Positions 1 through 14,266 of a stretch of 64,000 nt of DNA are shown here, one piece after another. The DNA is from Octopus sinensis. Its lineage: Eukaryota. The stretch is from the NCBI RefSeq assembly GCF_006345805.1, contig NC_043007.1:19840001-19904000 (forward strand), given 5' to 3'. The translations under genes were made by a program, and so were the position numbers. Within the stretch, counting starts at the first letter, position 1. The number at the start of each line of letters is the position of its first letter. The notes below the pieces were generated by a model. The model did not search any database, was not told the DNA's origin, and was given only the letters and a program-made list of their open reading frames with translations.

Positions 1-265
1 ATATATATATATATAAAGTAACAAACTGAGGAAAAGAAATCCTTCAAAGCGGGGTGTTGAACAGCCAATGACACGGAATTCCTTCTTTTATATATATATA
101 TATAGGCAAGGAAAATTATAAAAAGGCAGAATGCTAAATTGAAAGAAAATTTTAATGAAAATGGGTGTATGGAAAATTTTGAAAAATTGATAGAATATAT
201 ATATTGATAAAATATATATATTGATAAAATATATATATCCAACACAACCCCACCATTTATTGATT

Positions 266-311
<46 letters not shown>

Positions 312-1129
312 AAGTTAGAGTGTTTTAAAACCTCTAAGGTAAGCAGAAACGATCATAAACGTACTATTACTACCACTTTTCTTTATTAATTAATTAAATT
401 AAAAGGTTACTAGCCAAAACGACCAACTTCTTACTATTATTTTCCCTCCATTTACTTCTTGCATGCTGGAGTTGAACTAGGGACAGCTGATGAAGGGGAT
501 TTTTCCTTGTGTAGTTTGTCTTGTACTCTGTTTTTTCGTTGTTAAAAAAGGTCCGTTTCCATGTTTGTTTTTACGTTTTCGTTTCTCGTTGAGTTCTACG
601 TCTATTTGTAGTGTCCTGTACTCACGTATATATATTTATATATGCATGTATATATACATGTAGATGTAGGTACGTACATATATGTATGTATGTATGTATG
701 CATATATTTTATTTATTACACTATTGTATGACTGAGCGCCCTCGCGTCGTTTCGTTTCGTTTCCTCCAAGTAAGTTTTTATATATATATATATATGTATA
801 TATTGATTAGAGGTTACGTTAACCTCATGAAGGGATGGTTTAATTCAAGGAAATACTGGTTCAATACCCAGTGTTTTGGAGCAATGAATTTCCTTAAAAT
901 AATAGGTATATATATATAAAACATATAGTTTATATCCATTTAAAAGAAGAAAAAGAAAATAGAGATTAGGAATTTAATAATTACTTCTTATTAATAACAC
1001 ATTGGGCATCTTCGCTTCTGACATCTGTTTCAATTAATACGCAATAATTTAATTACAAATTTGCACATTAAATTTGCATTTATGTGATATGAGTTTAATT
1101 TCATTAGAATAAAAAAGATGTACCTTTGG

Positions 1130-1202
1130 ATGTTATATGCGGGGTTATCAATTCATTTTAGCAGACACTGCTAAAATGAATTGATAAGGCCACATATGAC
1201 AT
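1130..1202. repeat. Inverted repeat / hairpin
   Basis: ttatcaattcattttagcag-aca-ctgctaaaatgaattgataa is a perfect 20-bp stem, with imperfect outer pairing to about 35 bp. Confidence 0.9.
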
Positions 1203-1548
1203 ATCGAGCCATTGGTTCAAACATGGCTTCCCCGGGTTCTATGGCGTATATATGACCTCCACTGCACGGAACGCTGTTCTGCCACAAGATTACACATAGT
1301 TGTCGAGTGCGTGGACTTGAATAAAGTGAAATGAAGTGTTTTGTTCAAGAACACAGCGCATCACCTGGTTGCTTCAAGAATCGAAACCACAATGTGAGAC
1401 GATCCCACACACAAACCACACACACACACACACACACACACAACACACACACACACACACACTCACATACGCATATACCCACATGTATATGGGATTAGTT
1501 GTGAGATGTGAGGGTGAGTGGGTATGCATGCATATATATATGTATATG

Positions 1549-1584
<36 letters not shown>

Positions 1585-1970
1585 AATATATGTATGATGT
1601 ATGTATGGATGTCTGTATGTATTGATGTGTATGTATCTATAATATTATATATATATATATTAGATTGATAGATAGATAGAATACATACATACATATATGT
1701 ATATGCATATGTAAATATATGCATTTAAATATATATTTATACGCATATACATACATATAGACATAGAGAGAGAGGGGGAAGAGAGAGAGGCATACACACA
1801 TACACTTATACACATGCGTCTGCTTACATGTGTGTATGTGTATGTGCATATATATATATACATACATGCACATACATACATACATACATATATATATATA
1901 CATACATACATACATACATACATACATACATACATAGACACATACATACATACATACATACATACATACA

Positions 1971-2003
<33 letters not shown>

Positions 2004-2400
2004 GCATACATACGTTCGTACGTATGTACACATGCGTCTGTGATCATTTGTGCTTACGCATGCACGTGAAGGACAGAAAAGAATGGTTAAACGTTTGGGT
2101 GAAAGTTCAGAATTCTGAATTTGTTAAGAACGAAAGATGTAAGTCACATCCCGGGATAACCGTGGCACCGCTCAAAATATCATAAGACAGTCAGCTAGTA
2201 GTGAATAAGACGCGTCTTAAATGGGCGCCATTGCTTAATTGCCGTATTATTCATTCTATAAATGAAAAGTGAAGGCGACAGATCGAAATGGATCAGATAT
2301 TGGTTCTAATCTTGAACAATCAACACACACATAAGTATACATATATGTAAATATGTATACATATGTATATACATGCATACATATTTGTATGCATATATAC

Positions 2401-2476
<76 letters not shown>

Positions 2477-3480
2477 ATGTCTGTGTGTATACTTTGATAG
2501 ACATATAAGTATACGGATGTGATTAACAGAAAAATATGTGTGTACATATGTGTATATATGTGACAAACTCGCAATCTCAGGGATGCACTCAGAAAGTTCT
2601 CTTGTATCTATATTTATACTTTCATTTAATATGCATATGCACATATGTCTGTTTTTGCATCTATCTATCTATCTATCTAATTACCTAGCTGTCTATCTAC
2701 ATACATGCTTACATACATACATATACATGTATAATAATAATAATGATAATAATAATATAATAATAATAATAATAATAATAATATATACACATAAATATAC
2801 GCACACATACACCAATACACACACATACATATTCATATGTGTATATATATATGTACACACACACATGACACAGACACATCAAAGTGTATATCGAAAACTA
2901 ATTATTATCCCAGTCTTACGTTTTCTTTCTCTCTCTGATTATTCGTCCATCCATCCATCCATCCATCCATCCATCCATCCATCGCTCTCTCTCTCTCTCT
3001 CACTCTCTCTCTCTCCCTCTCTCTCTCTCTCTCTTTCTTTCTCTCTCCCTCTCTCTCTCTCTCTCTTTTCTCTCTCTCTCCCTCTCTCTCTCGATCTCTA
3101 TCTATCCATCTTGATTTGGTCTCCTACTAATCCAAGTCTATTGAAAAGATATCGGAAGGATATTCCGCATCTGCAACTCATTAAAGTCGTCGCCCTGGAT
3201 CGGCTGCTTCCCGCCACAATGCTGAAGGGATCGTTGTCTTAAAAATCCCTTCAACAAATTCTTTACAATCTTCGTGACATGGCGTCTCATTGAACCAGCC
3301 AACAACTTCTGCCATCAATTTTCCCTCTGTTTTACAAATGGTTTATGTCCAAGACATTGGAATATCGTCTTTAAAATCGCTATACTCTCTCTTGTTACTC
3401 TTTTACTTGTTTCAGTCATTTGACTGCAGCCATGCTGGAGCACCGCCTTTTGTATGTGAACATATGCATGATCGATCAAA

Positions 3481-3710
3481 ATAGCGACCCATTTCATTAC
3501 ATAGCATCACTGGGAAAGAAATGGAAGCTGCATTCCACAGACAATTCCAAAGGTAGTAAATAAACAGGGAACTCATCCCTAAACATCTATTCCGTTTCCA
3601 ACCAAACCGTAGAACCGATTTCTTGGCTAATTCGACTGTGACCAGGAGGCATATGTCATAGCCTTGGATATCAAGGAAGTTTTTGATATAGTTTGGCACA
3701 ACGAACCCTA
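3481..3710 (+). mobile_element. Decayed LINE reverse transcriptase fragment
   Basis: Translates to RPISLHSITGKEMEA and VIALDIKEVFDIVWHN, matching the non-LTR RT motifs YRPISL and ALDxxKAFDxVWH. Confidence 0.7.
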
Positions 3711-3770
3711 CACTAGACCCAAATGCAGGTGAAAATACCAGAATCCGCTAAAGTGACTACTCAGCTATCT

Positions 3771-4182
3771 TCTCTTTACTCTTTTACTTGTTTCAGTCAT
3801 TTGAATGCGGCCATGCTGGAGCACCGCCGTTAGTCGAGCAAACCGACCCCGGGACTTATTCTTTGTAAGCCCAGTACTGATTCTATCAGTCTCTTTTGCC
3901 GAACCGCTAAGTGACGGGGACGTAAACATACCAGCATCGGTTGTCAAGCAATGCTAGGGGGACAAAAACAGACACACAAACATATACACACACATACACA
4001 TATATTTATATATATACATATATACGACAGGCTTCTTTCAGTTTCCGTCTACCAAATCCACTCACAAGGCTTTGGTCGGCCCGGGGCTATAGTAGAAGAC
4101 ACTTGCCCAAGATGCCACGCAGTGGGACTGAACCCAGAACCATGTGGTTGGAAAGCAAGCTACTTACCACACAGCCACTCCT
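3771..4182 (-). mobile_element. tRNA-derived SINE family A, near full length
   Basis: A/B-box-like head, CORE-like ttgggcaagt motif, internal (TA)n(TG)n and a (gagtaaaa)n tail; about 12 copies in the window. Confidence 0.9.
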
Positions 4183-4624
4183 TCGTGGATAAATCCCTCA
4201 GTGTTACTCTTTGAAGTCAGCGCTCTCAAGCTATGACCCATCCATTTATCAGTATCTCAAGGTTTAATACATGGGTTACTTCTTTCCCCGTTTCTCTTAG
4301 ATGACCAGTTCAACACATGTAACAGTAAACAGTTCTTTTACGCTGTTCATTCTCCGCTGTTAGCTCCTGTACGATCAACAGAAGAAAGCAAAGCGAAGCT
4401 GACAGAAACGTTAGCGTAATACCGCTAATGCTTAGCGGTATTTCGTCTGCCGTTACGTTCTGAGTTCAAATTCCGCTTTAAGGAAGGAAGTCTTAAGATT
4501 AAAAAAGAAAATATTGCTTAATATCGGATTCTAGAACACATTAATAGATCGAAGTGAAGAATGAGAGAAAGACAAATTCGTTCCTGCGGATATAACAGGT
4601 ACAATCAGGTAAAATTAAACAAAC

Positions 4625-4753
4625 CCTTCTCCCTATTTTCTCTATCCTGAGGTCATGAACTGATAGATTATCTTCTTTGAAGTCTTTAAATACTGATCTG
4701 CTTTGTTTTGCAATTCTAAAAGAGTCCTCAATGGGAAACGGAAGAAAGAGAGC
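4625..4753 (-). CDS. Candidate coding exon, unknown protein (ALFLPFPIEDSFRIAK...IGRR)
   Basis: cag acceptor and gtttgt donor, 129 nt, only phase 0 is open, phase-compatible with 5086-5223; no family recognised. Confidence 0.3.
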
Positions 4754-5085
4754 CTGTGTAGGTTACAACAAAATATCAAGTTTACTGACCAGTTGTTAGC
4801 ACTGGGCGAAGGCAACCAGAACAACTAACCTTTATAAATGAGAAAATTATAATTATAACCCTGAAACCTAGATTTACTGACCAACAGCTTCAACTGAAAT
4901 CAGTTTCAGTGGAACCGCGTCAGTGACCAGGCTACAGTTAGTGCGAAGAAAATTTTGACATCAAATATAAAGTCAACGGCTTCTGTGTATTTTTGTATGG
5001 CTAATTTTTGTCTTCACATCTGTAATTATTTAAGTTTCAACACAAGATTTCAGGCAAGTACATCTTCATATATATTATGTATTAC

Positions 5086-5223
5086 TTTAACCAAATGTAA
5101 CCTATTTGTCAAATGGATGACTGCTTCATAAAAAAATAAGAAAAAGAAACTCATGAAACGGAAGAACAAAGCGAATAATACTGCTAACAACAAGCCAACA
5201 GTAAGGATATGTCGATAAAGTAT
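5086..5223 (-). CDS. Candidate coding exon with a hydrophobic, transmembrane-like segment
   Basis: Strong acceptor ttttcttttttgcattcag and donor AAA|gtaata, 138 nt, only phase 0 is open (ILYRHILTVGLLLAVLFALFF...). Confidence 0.3.
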
Positions 5224-5707
5224 CTGAATGCAAAAAAGAAAAGACCTTTTCGTCGATACGAAACCACAAACGTGCAAAGCTCTGATAATCAATCAATGAA
5301 AATTCAATGATGAATTACAAAGCCAATTTCAAAGTAAAATATTGAAGTTGTAAGCTGTGTGACATCGACTCTTACTTTACTTGATACAATAATAAGCCAT
5401 TCCAACACATATAGAAGAGAGAGAGGGGGGGAGAGAGGGAGGAAGGGACAAAGGGAGAGGAGGGAGAGAGAAAAAGGCACACAAACACACAGAGAGTGAA
5501 AAGGAAGAGAGAGGGAAAGAGAGAAACAAGCATAAAGAAAAGCGGGTATATAGAGATATTGTAGAGAGAGAGGGGGAGAGAGAGCGAGAGGGAGGAAGAA
5601 ACAAAGGAAGAGGAGGGAGAGAGAAAAAGACACACACACAGAACGAAAAGGAAGAGAGAGGGAAAGAGAGAAACAAGCATACAGAAAAGCGGTTATAGAG
5701 AGATATA

Positions 5708-5744
<37 letters not shown>

Positions 5745-6058
5745 AGATAGGGAGAGAGGGAGAGAGAGAGTGTGTGTGTGTGTGGTAAATAAAGGAGGAG
5801 AGAGGGTGAAGCGAAATATACAGTTAAAGAACTGTCTTTTTAAAATATAATTTGGCGGCAATTTCTCGAATAATGTCAAATCCAGATATGGAAAAAGATG
5901 GCCGTCTCTATAGATACAAATCTATGTATTTACATTCATGCATACATACACACATATAATTAAACAAAAATATTTATGTATATGAGTGTATTTTACAATA
6001 ATATTCACCTCTATATCTATGTAGCTACACACAACCATATATATGTGATGTGTGTGCA

Positions 6059-6091
<33 letters not shown>

Positions 6092-6719
6092 GTGTATATA
6101 TATATATATATATATGGATAATTTATTTATTTAATTACGAACACTATCTCCCACTCTTTATAAATGTATTTCTGTTTCCCAGTGAGTGCGCGTGAGTGTA
6201 CAACCATATGCAAATATAATTTCGTTAATTTTGGGGTCTCTTTTGTCAAGCGAAAGAGAGCAAGTGCTCAGAGGGTGGGGTAATATCTGGCTACGTAGGG
6301 GTGGAGAGAAGGGCTATACAGGACATGACGTCTCAGTTCGGTTCGCGAGATTTGATCTTCGCATCTTTCCATCTTCAGATCGAGAAAAGAGTTAAGGTGT
6401 CGTGTTTTAAGGGGTAAACAATAATTATATTGTAGCGTGTGTTTTTAGGGATTTCAGGGAGTGGAGTTCTGTCGGAAATTCAATACGTGCTGCTGGATTT
6501 GATGAAACGATAGTTCTGCATAGAGATATACAGTTTCCGGTTTCTCATATACACACATACATACACACATACATACACACATACATACATACAGACAGAC
6601 AGACAGACAGACAAACAAACAGACAGACAGACATATATATTTGTGTATTTATATGTATGCATGCATGTATATATGCATGTATGTATTATGTAGGAATGTA
6701 TGTGTTTGTGTGTTTGAGT

Positions 6720-6821
<102 letters not shown>

Positions 6822-6961
6822 TGTGTGCATAAGAGCTCGCTTCTTTAAAAGCAGTAAGATATAACCAAAGAAAATATTTATGTATGAATATAATCATGAG
6901 GATGATAGAAACGAGAGAAATATATTGAAAAATAGATAGATGGGTCTATAGATAGATGAAT

Positions 6962-7006
<45 letters not shown>

Positions 7007-7605
7007 CAGAGAGAGAGTGAGAAAGAGAGGGAGAGAGAACGAAGCGAGAAGAGGAGAAAGTGTGAGAGAAAACGAGTGTTGAAAATAAAAAAAGAAAGCT
7101 ATGAAAATGTCGTTTGAAATTTAGAAACGTAAATTTGTTAATAGTTAATTAAATGTAACCAGAGGCGAGAAGCCAGCGCAGAAAGAAATCGTTTGTTTAT
7201 GTATTAGCGAGGAAGAGATGCAGTATTTACAATATCCACAAATAGCGTTATATGAATTTGTATGTTGTCTTGTAATAGTGAGATATAATGGGGTATGGGC
7301 AAGGCTGTTTGATTAAGAAGGCAGCTGCGTAACCGTGTGTTTCTGGGTTCGGCAGCGTGTGCGCTTCCTATTCCTATCGGGGTCCATAATAGACAACAAC
7401 AAGGTTGCAAATGTTGAAACAGAAGACGCATACAAACCCCCATCACACATAAAAAAACATAATGAAACTAGGATAGGACCCAGCATACGAGAAGCAATGA
7501 AACTACCAAAGGATACAAAACTCAAGAAACAAACAAGGCGTTGCAGCAAATTGAAAATCAGACATCGAGGGAAAGGAGCAAAAATACCAAAGAATTATGA
7601 TCTTG

Positions 7606-7753
7606 GGCGATGGCGTGGCTGTGTGGTAAGAAGCTTGCTTCCCAACCACATAGTCCATGGTTCAGTTCCACTGTGTGGCACCTTGGGCCTATGTCTCCTA
7701 CTATAGCCTCGGAACGACCAAAGCCTTGTGACAGAAACTGAAAGAAGCCCACC

Positions 7754-7756
<3 letters not shown>
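7606..7756 (+). mobile_element. SINE family A, 5' half
   Basis: tggctgtgtggtaagaagcttgcttcccaacc...gaaagaagccc followed by (TA)n. Confidence 0.8.
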
Positions 7757-7794
<38 letters not shown>

Positions 7795-8051
7795 TAGATA
7801 CTCCAAACATGAAAACACAAAGAGAGAACACAACACGAGGACGTGGAACAAGTATAGTGTAATTGAAACAGCCGTAAGTGATAAGGATCGATTTGTTGTT
7901 GATAATAAACTCTTATTAACTTCACAATCTCCATTTTCCTTCTTCATTTATATGAATACGAATTACAGGTCTTTATATATATACCTAATATTTTAAGGAA
8001 ATCAATTTCGCGCAAAGTATTTGTTATTGATCCAATATTTCCTTGGATGAC

Positions 8052-8269
<218 letters not shown>

Positions 8270-8489
8270 TTGATCCCCTCCATTTTCTTATTGCTGTATA
8301 AATTAAGAGAAAACTTTTTACCTTCACCCATTTATTACATTCTGTAGTGTAATTGCCATGCAATGAAAAAAGCACACTCGTGTATCAATAATTAGGTATT
8401 CTACCAGCAGTATATTGGATAGATATTATCCCTTGGTTGGTTGGATTCACAACCTCTAACTCTCTTGGAATTATATATATATATAAAAC

Positions 8490-8650
8490 CAGTGTCGGTG
8501 TATTAACCTTCCTGTTCGGCAAAAGAAATCAATAGAACAAGTAGCAGGCTTTAAAAATTTACATACTGGGGTCGATTCATTCGACAAGAAATTCTTCAAG
8601 ACGGTGCCCCGGCATAGCCGCAGTCTAATGACTGAAACAAGTAAAAGATA
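8490..8650 (+). mobile_element. SINE family A, diverged 3' half
   Basis: gttcggcaaaaga...ggggtcgatt...gactgaaacaagtaaaaga. Confidence 0.75.
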
Positions 8651-8735
8651 AATGAAGATCATTACGTTCTGAGTTCAAATTCCGCCGAGGTCGACTTTGC
8701 CTTTCAACCTTTCGGGGGTCGATAACTTAAGTACC

Positions 8736-8969
8736 TATTTCTTTACTACGCTCAAGGGGCTAAACACAGAGAGGACAAACAAGGACAGACAAACGGTTTA
8801 AGTCGATTACATCGACCCCAGTGCGTAACTGGTACTTAATTTATCGACCCCGAAAGGATGAAAGGCAAAGTCGACCTCGGCGGAATTTGAACTCAGAACG
8901 TAACGACAGACGAAATACGGCTACGCATTTCGCCCGGCGTGCTAGCGTTTCTGCCAGTTCGCCGCCTTA
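8736..8969 (-). mobile_element. SINE family B, nested in an opposite-strand related copy
   Basis: Reverse complement of 9681-9910; fragments of the host copy at 8661-8735 and 8984-9070. Confidence 0.85.
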
Positions 8970-9172
8970 CCAACTTAAATACATAAGTACCAGTTGCGTA
9001 CTGGGGTCGATCTAATCACCTGGCCCTCTCCTCAAAAATTTCGGGCCTTTTGCCTAGAGTAGAAAAGAATACCACTTTCAACCGAAATAAAAGAATAGCA
9101 ACAAAAAAAAAGGATGAAAAGAATGTTCATTTTTTGTTTGTGCTTGTGTGTGTGTGTGTGCATGTAAGTGAT

Positions 9173-9203
<31 letters not shown>

Positions 9204-9680
9204 TGTGTGTGTGGTGTGTGTGTAACTATGATTTCGGTGGTGTTGTGAAAGCTTTTTGTTGAAGAATTCAACTGAGAGAAAGAAAGCAAAGGAGGAAAAG
9301 GATGAAAGAGAATTCATTAGAATTCATTGAAGTTGATTAAAATCTGGTCCACAGTAAGAAGGAATTGATAAAGAAAATTCCACCAAATCTGGAAGAAATA
9401 TATACAAAAAATGCAAAAAGAAAAGAAAACAAGAAAAACCACTTCCACGTATTGTCAGAGTAAAATCCAATAACAATTGTTCGTAACTAGTCAGAATAAA
9501 ACCTGTTCTTTAGTGGGTACCCACCCTCACTTCTCGGCTGGTACTCTATTTAATTGACTCCAAAACGACAAAAAGTACAGAGAAGAGAATTTCAGTTTAG
9601 ATTTTAAATATTTCTAGAAGGAACAAAGCATTTTGTTTTGCAACCATAATATACTACAAGTATATTAAAGGTTTATTGTA

Positions 9681-9910
9681 AGGCGGCGAGCTGGCAGAAC
9701 CGTTAGCGCGCCGGGCGAAATCCGTAGCCGTATTTCGTCTGTCGTTACGTTCTGAGTTCAAATTCATCCGAGGTCGACTTTGCCTTTCATCCTTTCGGGG
9801 TCGATAAATTAAGTACCAGTTACGCACCGGGGTTGATATAATCGATTTAATCTGTCTGTCTGTCCTTGTTTGTCCCCTCTGTGTTTAGCCCCTTGTGGGT
9901 AATAAAGAAA
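9681..9910 (+). mobile_element. SINE family B with target-site duplication
   Basis: ggcggcgagctggcagaa head and B-box-like gttcaaatt; tatattaaaggttt at both 9661-9674 and 9913-9926. Confidence 0.9.
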
Positions 9911-10300
9911 CATATATTAAAGGTTTTCACAAGTCAATATTATGCCTTACTTTTAGCAGTGCCATGTTCTCGTTTTTATGTTTATCATTTTATGCTTACA
10001 CACTTTCAAAAGAATCTAGAGCCAGCACCGAATGTTGCGACTTTTCGTATACGAATACGTCGATGTATACAATATACACCCATTACCTAATAATAATAAT
10101 AATGATGATGATGATGATTTAAGTAAAAGCCCAACAATATTGAAGAGAAGGGCTTTAGAAGAATCCTATACTTGACTGTGACTTTATTTGTCGACCCCGA
10201 AAGGATGAGAAGATGAGTTGACTTTGACGGGATTTGAACCCAATGACGAGTGTTCCGTTTCTCCAACAAGCTGAACCGTTTGAACCGAATTCCATATTTT

Positions 10301-10608
10301 GTTACGACGAGGGTCCCAGCTGATACGATCAACGGAACAGCTTGCTCGTGAAATTAACGTGCAAATGGCTGAGCATTCCACAGACACGTGTACCCTTAAC
10401 GTAGTTCTCGGGGATAATCAGCGTGACACAGAGAGTGACAAGGCTGACCCTTTGAAATACAAGTACAACTCATTTTTGCCAGCTGAGTGGACTGGAGCAA
10501 CGTGAAATAAAGTGTCTTGCTCAAGGACACAACGCGTCGCCGGGAATCGAACTCACAACCTTACGATCATGAGCCGAATGCCCTAACCACTAAGCCACGC
10601 GCCCTCAC
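10301..10608 (-). mobile_element. tRNA-derived SINE family D (CORE-like body)
   Basis: Minus strand has tggcttagtggtt (A box), gttcgattcc (B box) and gtgtccttgagcaagacactt; related copies at 28483, 29144 and 50236. Confidence 0.85.
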
Positions 10609-11904
10609 GAGTAATAGTACTAGAATGTGAGTAATAGTACTCACATTCCCCCCTCTTAAATTTTTTTCCCTTCTTAAATTAACAAAAAATCTAAAAAATT
10701 ACAATGTATGTAAAAAATCAAATCTTCGAATTGCTAACATCGTCGCATGGAGATGAGCATATAAACATGTATGTGTGTGTGTGTATGTGTCTGTGTTTGT
10801 CACCGCATACTGCTTGACAACCGATGCTGGTTTGTTTGCCTCACCGTAACTTAACGCTTCGACAAAAGAGAACGATGCAAACAGTACAAGGCGTTAACAA
10901 AAAATAAGTACTGGGGTCGATTAGTTGCCCCAGCACTGCCGCGGTTCCATGGAGAATGAATAAAATGATAAAGATAGGAATCAAATATCGCATCGCATTT
11001 AAACAACACTCAACGTAATATACATTCAGACGGTGCAATACACACTATAAGCCGTACACTATAACATATACAGCACGACATACCCAAATGTACAGCGCCC
11101 AAATACACTCACACACACACATGCAATTCAACGCAATGCAAAACATCCACGCAGTAGAGAGCAACTAAGTGCGATAAGATCTTATAGACCGACATACGAA
11201 GATGTTAAAATGAAGAGGAAAAAATAAACAAACCGTGGATCTATTATTTTCAGATCTGCCATAATTGTTTCAGTGAAAAAAAACAACGAAAATTAAAATA
11301 AAAATGGAAAATGAGAAAATTCTAAACAATTAAAGAGGAGAAACGAGAAAACAAAAATAATTTAACAAAAAGCAGACGATAAAGAACTGTATAAAAGCAG
11401 ACGATAAAGAACTATACAAATGATTGAAACAGACGTTTATGGAAGAAGAAAGCAAATGGCTGCGGCAGACGTTAATGTTAATACAGGTTATTAGTGAATA
11501 AATGACATGATATCGTAAAATTTATTGTCTACACACCCTAACTAGTTTTCTGTTTTATTTTAACATATTTGGCATATATACATATTAGTTATTTATTCGC
11601 TGGTTTTACTTGTTTGCAGTCGCTGTTCTGTTTTTATGTTAACATGCATAAATATTTAATAAAAACATATGCAAAAGATACTGCTGTGTACAAGTGTGTG
11701 TGATTGTTTGTATGTATTATCTAAACAGACAATAGGTGAGAGTTAGATATGCTCTCGGTACAGAAAACACGTAGTAGTGCTTAAATGAATTTGAGCTTAA
11801 ACTTTCAATTCTTTGTCCAGTACAAAGTCCACGGTATCAACAAGTGTGGATATAAGAGACATCCAAGAAACACTCTCTTCCTAATGATCTCCTATACAGC
11901 CCCA

Positions 11905-12335
11905 GAACAGCTAGACTCTCTTACCTCAGAGAAGACCTGGATGGAAAGTACTCAGCATACAAAAAAGAGACTATGCATGGGTGTGTTGCCCGGGAGTTTG
12001 AAGAAGACAGTCGACTTGACACGAAGCGCAGCTTCTCTGGGATACAAGACCACTACATCACATCACACTTTGAAGACTAAGTGTTTGCAATCGAGGAACA
12101 GGAGATTGCCACAAAGTACCTGGTGAACAAGAGAGACAATGACGCCCTTGTAATCCCAAGGTGCAACCGCATGTGTAGGCTATGCTATGTTTCTGTGGAA
12201 GACATCACGCATGTGATTAGCAGTTGTCCTAAAATGTTGTCAAGGCATTACCTCCCTAAGCGGCACGATGTTGTCGCTAAAACAATTTTAAAATGTTATC
12301 CGCAAAAATGACTGTCCTGAATTAAACTTAGAAAA
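11905..12335 (+). mobile_element. R4/Dong-like LINE fragment (CCHC region)
   Basis: FAIEEQEIATKYL...CRLC...EDITHVISSCP...RHDVVAK. Confidence 0.8.
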
Positions 12336-13004
12336 TCCCTTTGTGCCTATAGTAGAAAGGATTATTAATCAATTAATTAACATTTAACCAATTAACTAAT
12401 CCAGTATTTGATTAATCGTTCGGTTTATCAATCACTAAGCAAAAGCACTAACAGCAGTATCACCACCACCACTATCCCGTCACTATCGCTAGCAACACTG
12501 CTACCACCACTAACACACTCACCACCACCACCACTAGCATCACCAACACCACCATCACTACCAGCACCAACCCCATCGAGAACACCACCAACAACAATTT
12601 ATGACAACCTTCAATCGTAACCCTGAATAAAACTCCAAATTGGCAAAACCCTTTTTTTAAAAGCCTCCTTAGTTCCCACTTCAGAACGCAAAAGAAAGAG
12701 GTGTGAGGTGAGGTAGGGATAAATAAAGGCCTTTTTTTTTTGTCTTAAGCAGCTGTTAATATTCCATGTGCCACTTCACAGAAGTGAACTGTCTACATAT
12801 TCGAAATAATGAAACCTCAAAATGTGCGCTCGAACACAAATAAAAGCACTCGGAATTTTCTAGATTACATCAAATGAACGGCTTTGCGTATCTTAATTAA
12901 GTCTCACCAAATCAACACTACAGAACTCATCATCTCCCCTACTTTATCTTGTAGGCGATATAAACGATTTCTGCTCCTTAAAAAAGAAAAAAAAAAGGGA
13001 GTTA

Positions 13005-13277
13005 GGTGCAGGCATGGCTGTGTGGTAAGAAGCTTGCTTCCAAACCCCATGTTTCCAAGTTCAGTACCACTGCATGATACCTTGGTCAACTTACTTCCAC
13101 AGTAGCCTCGGGTTGACCAAAGACTTGCACGAAGATTTGGTACGGAAACTGAAAGAAGCCCTTCCTATTTATCCTGCGTATTATGTATGTATGTATGTAT
13201 GTATGTTTGTAGTATGTATGTATGTATGTATGTATGATGTATCTATCTATCTAATTATCTTTCTCTCTCTCTCTCTC

Positions 13278-13313
<36 letters not shown>

Positions 13314-13378
13314 GTTATGTATGTATGTATGTATGTATGTATGTTAATGTATGTATGTATATATATATATAATATAAT

Positions 13379-13415
<37 letters not shown>

Positions 13416-13442
13416 TTTTATATATTATATATATATATCTAC

Positions 13443-13477
<35 letters not shown>

Positions 13478-13745
13478 TGTATATACATACATACGTGTGT
13501 GTGTGTGTCTTTGTGTCCGTGTTTGGGTTTGTATTTGTCTCCCATCACCACTCGATTGACAACCGGTGTTGGTGTGTTTACGTCCCCGTAACCTAGCAGT
13601 TCGGCAAAAGAGACCGATAGAATAGGTACTAGGCTTTAAAAAAAATTGCATCGGTCCAATTTATTCGACTGAAACTTCTTCAAGTCGGTGCCCCAGCATG
13701 GCCACAGCCTAATGACTGAAACAAGTAAAAAAAAAAAAAGAGTTA
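13005..13745 (+). mobile_element. SINE family A with expanded internal microsatellite
   Basis: 5' and 3' halves separated by about 340 bp of TATG/CT/TA repeats. Confidence 0.8.
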
Positions 13746-14266
13746 AGAGATTGCTGTTTTCTGCCTCCCTCTCATGTCGCTCAAACTAAGTACTTCGGCG
13801 CCCGGTGGTGGTCCACAGGCAAAACATGCACCCTCTATTTGAGCACGGTTTGTATATAATCACATATTTATACTTCCACATGCACAGGGATGTTAGCTAC
13901 TCGCACATGCGTTTACCGAACGCAAATGTATACCTATGTATGTGCCTGTATGTGTGAAATCTTTGTGCGTATGTAAAAGTCTACGTTCGTGCGCGTGTGT
14001 GAAAGAGAGAGGGAGAGAGAGAAAGTATGTGTGTTCTATGAACGCAATGAAATTTATATAAGGGAGATTAGCTTAAGGTGACCCGCTCTACGCGCGGCTA
14101 AGGGTGTGGCTGTTACTTTCTGTTGCTTCCTTTCTGTTTCTTATCACCACATTCTCCCTCTTTGAGTCTCTCTCCTTTCTCTCTCACTTTCCCACTCTCT
14201 TACTCTCCCTTTCTCTCGGACTCTCCCTCGATTTCTCTTGCTCTCTACCTTTATCTCTATCCCATC

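Noticed and set aside
3941-4214. Recurrent MSSNARGT / MLGGQ ORFs as a gene family
   Set aside because: Antisense translations of SINE A
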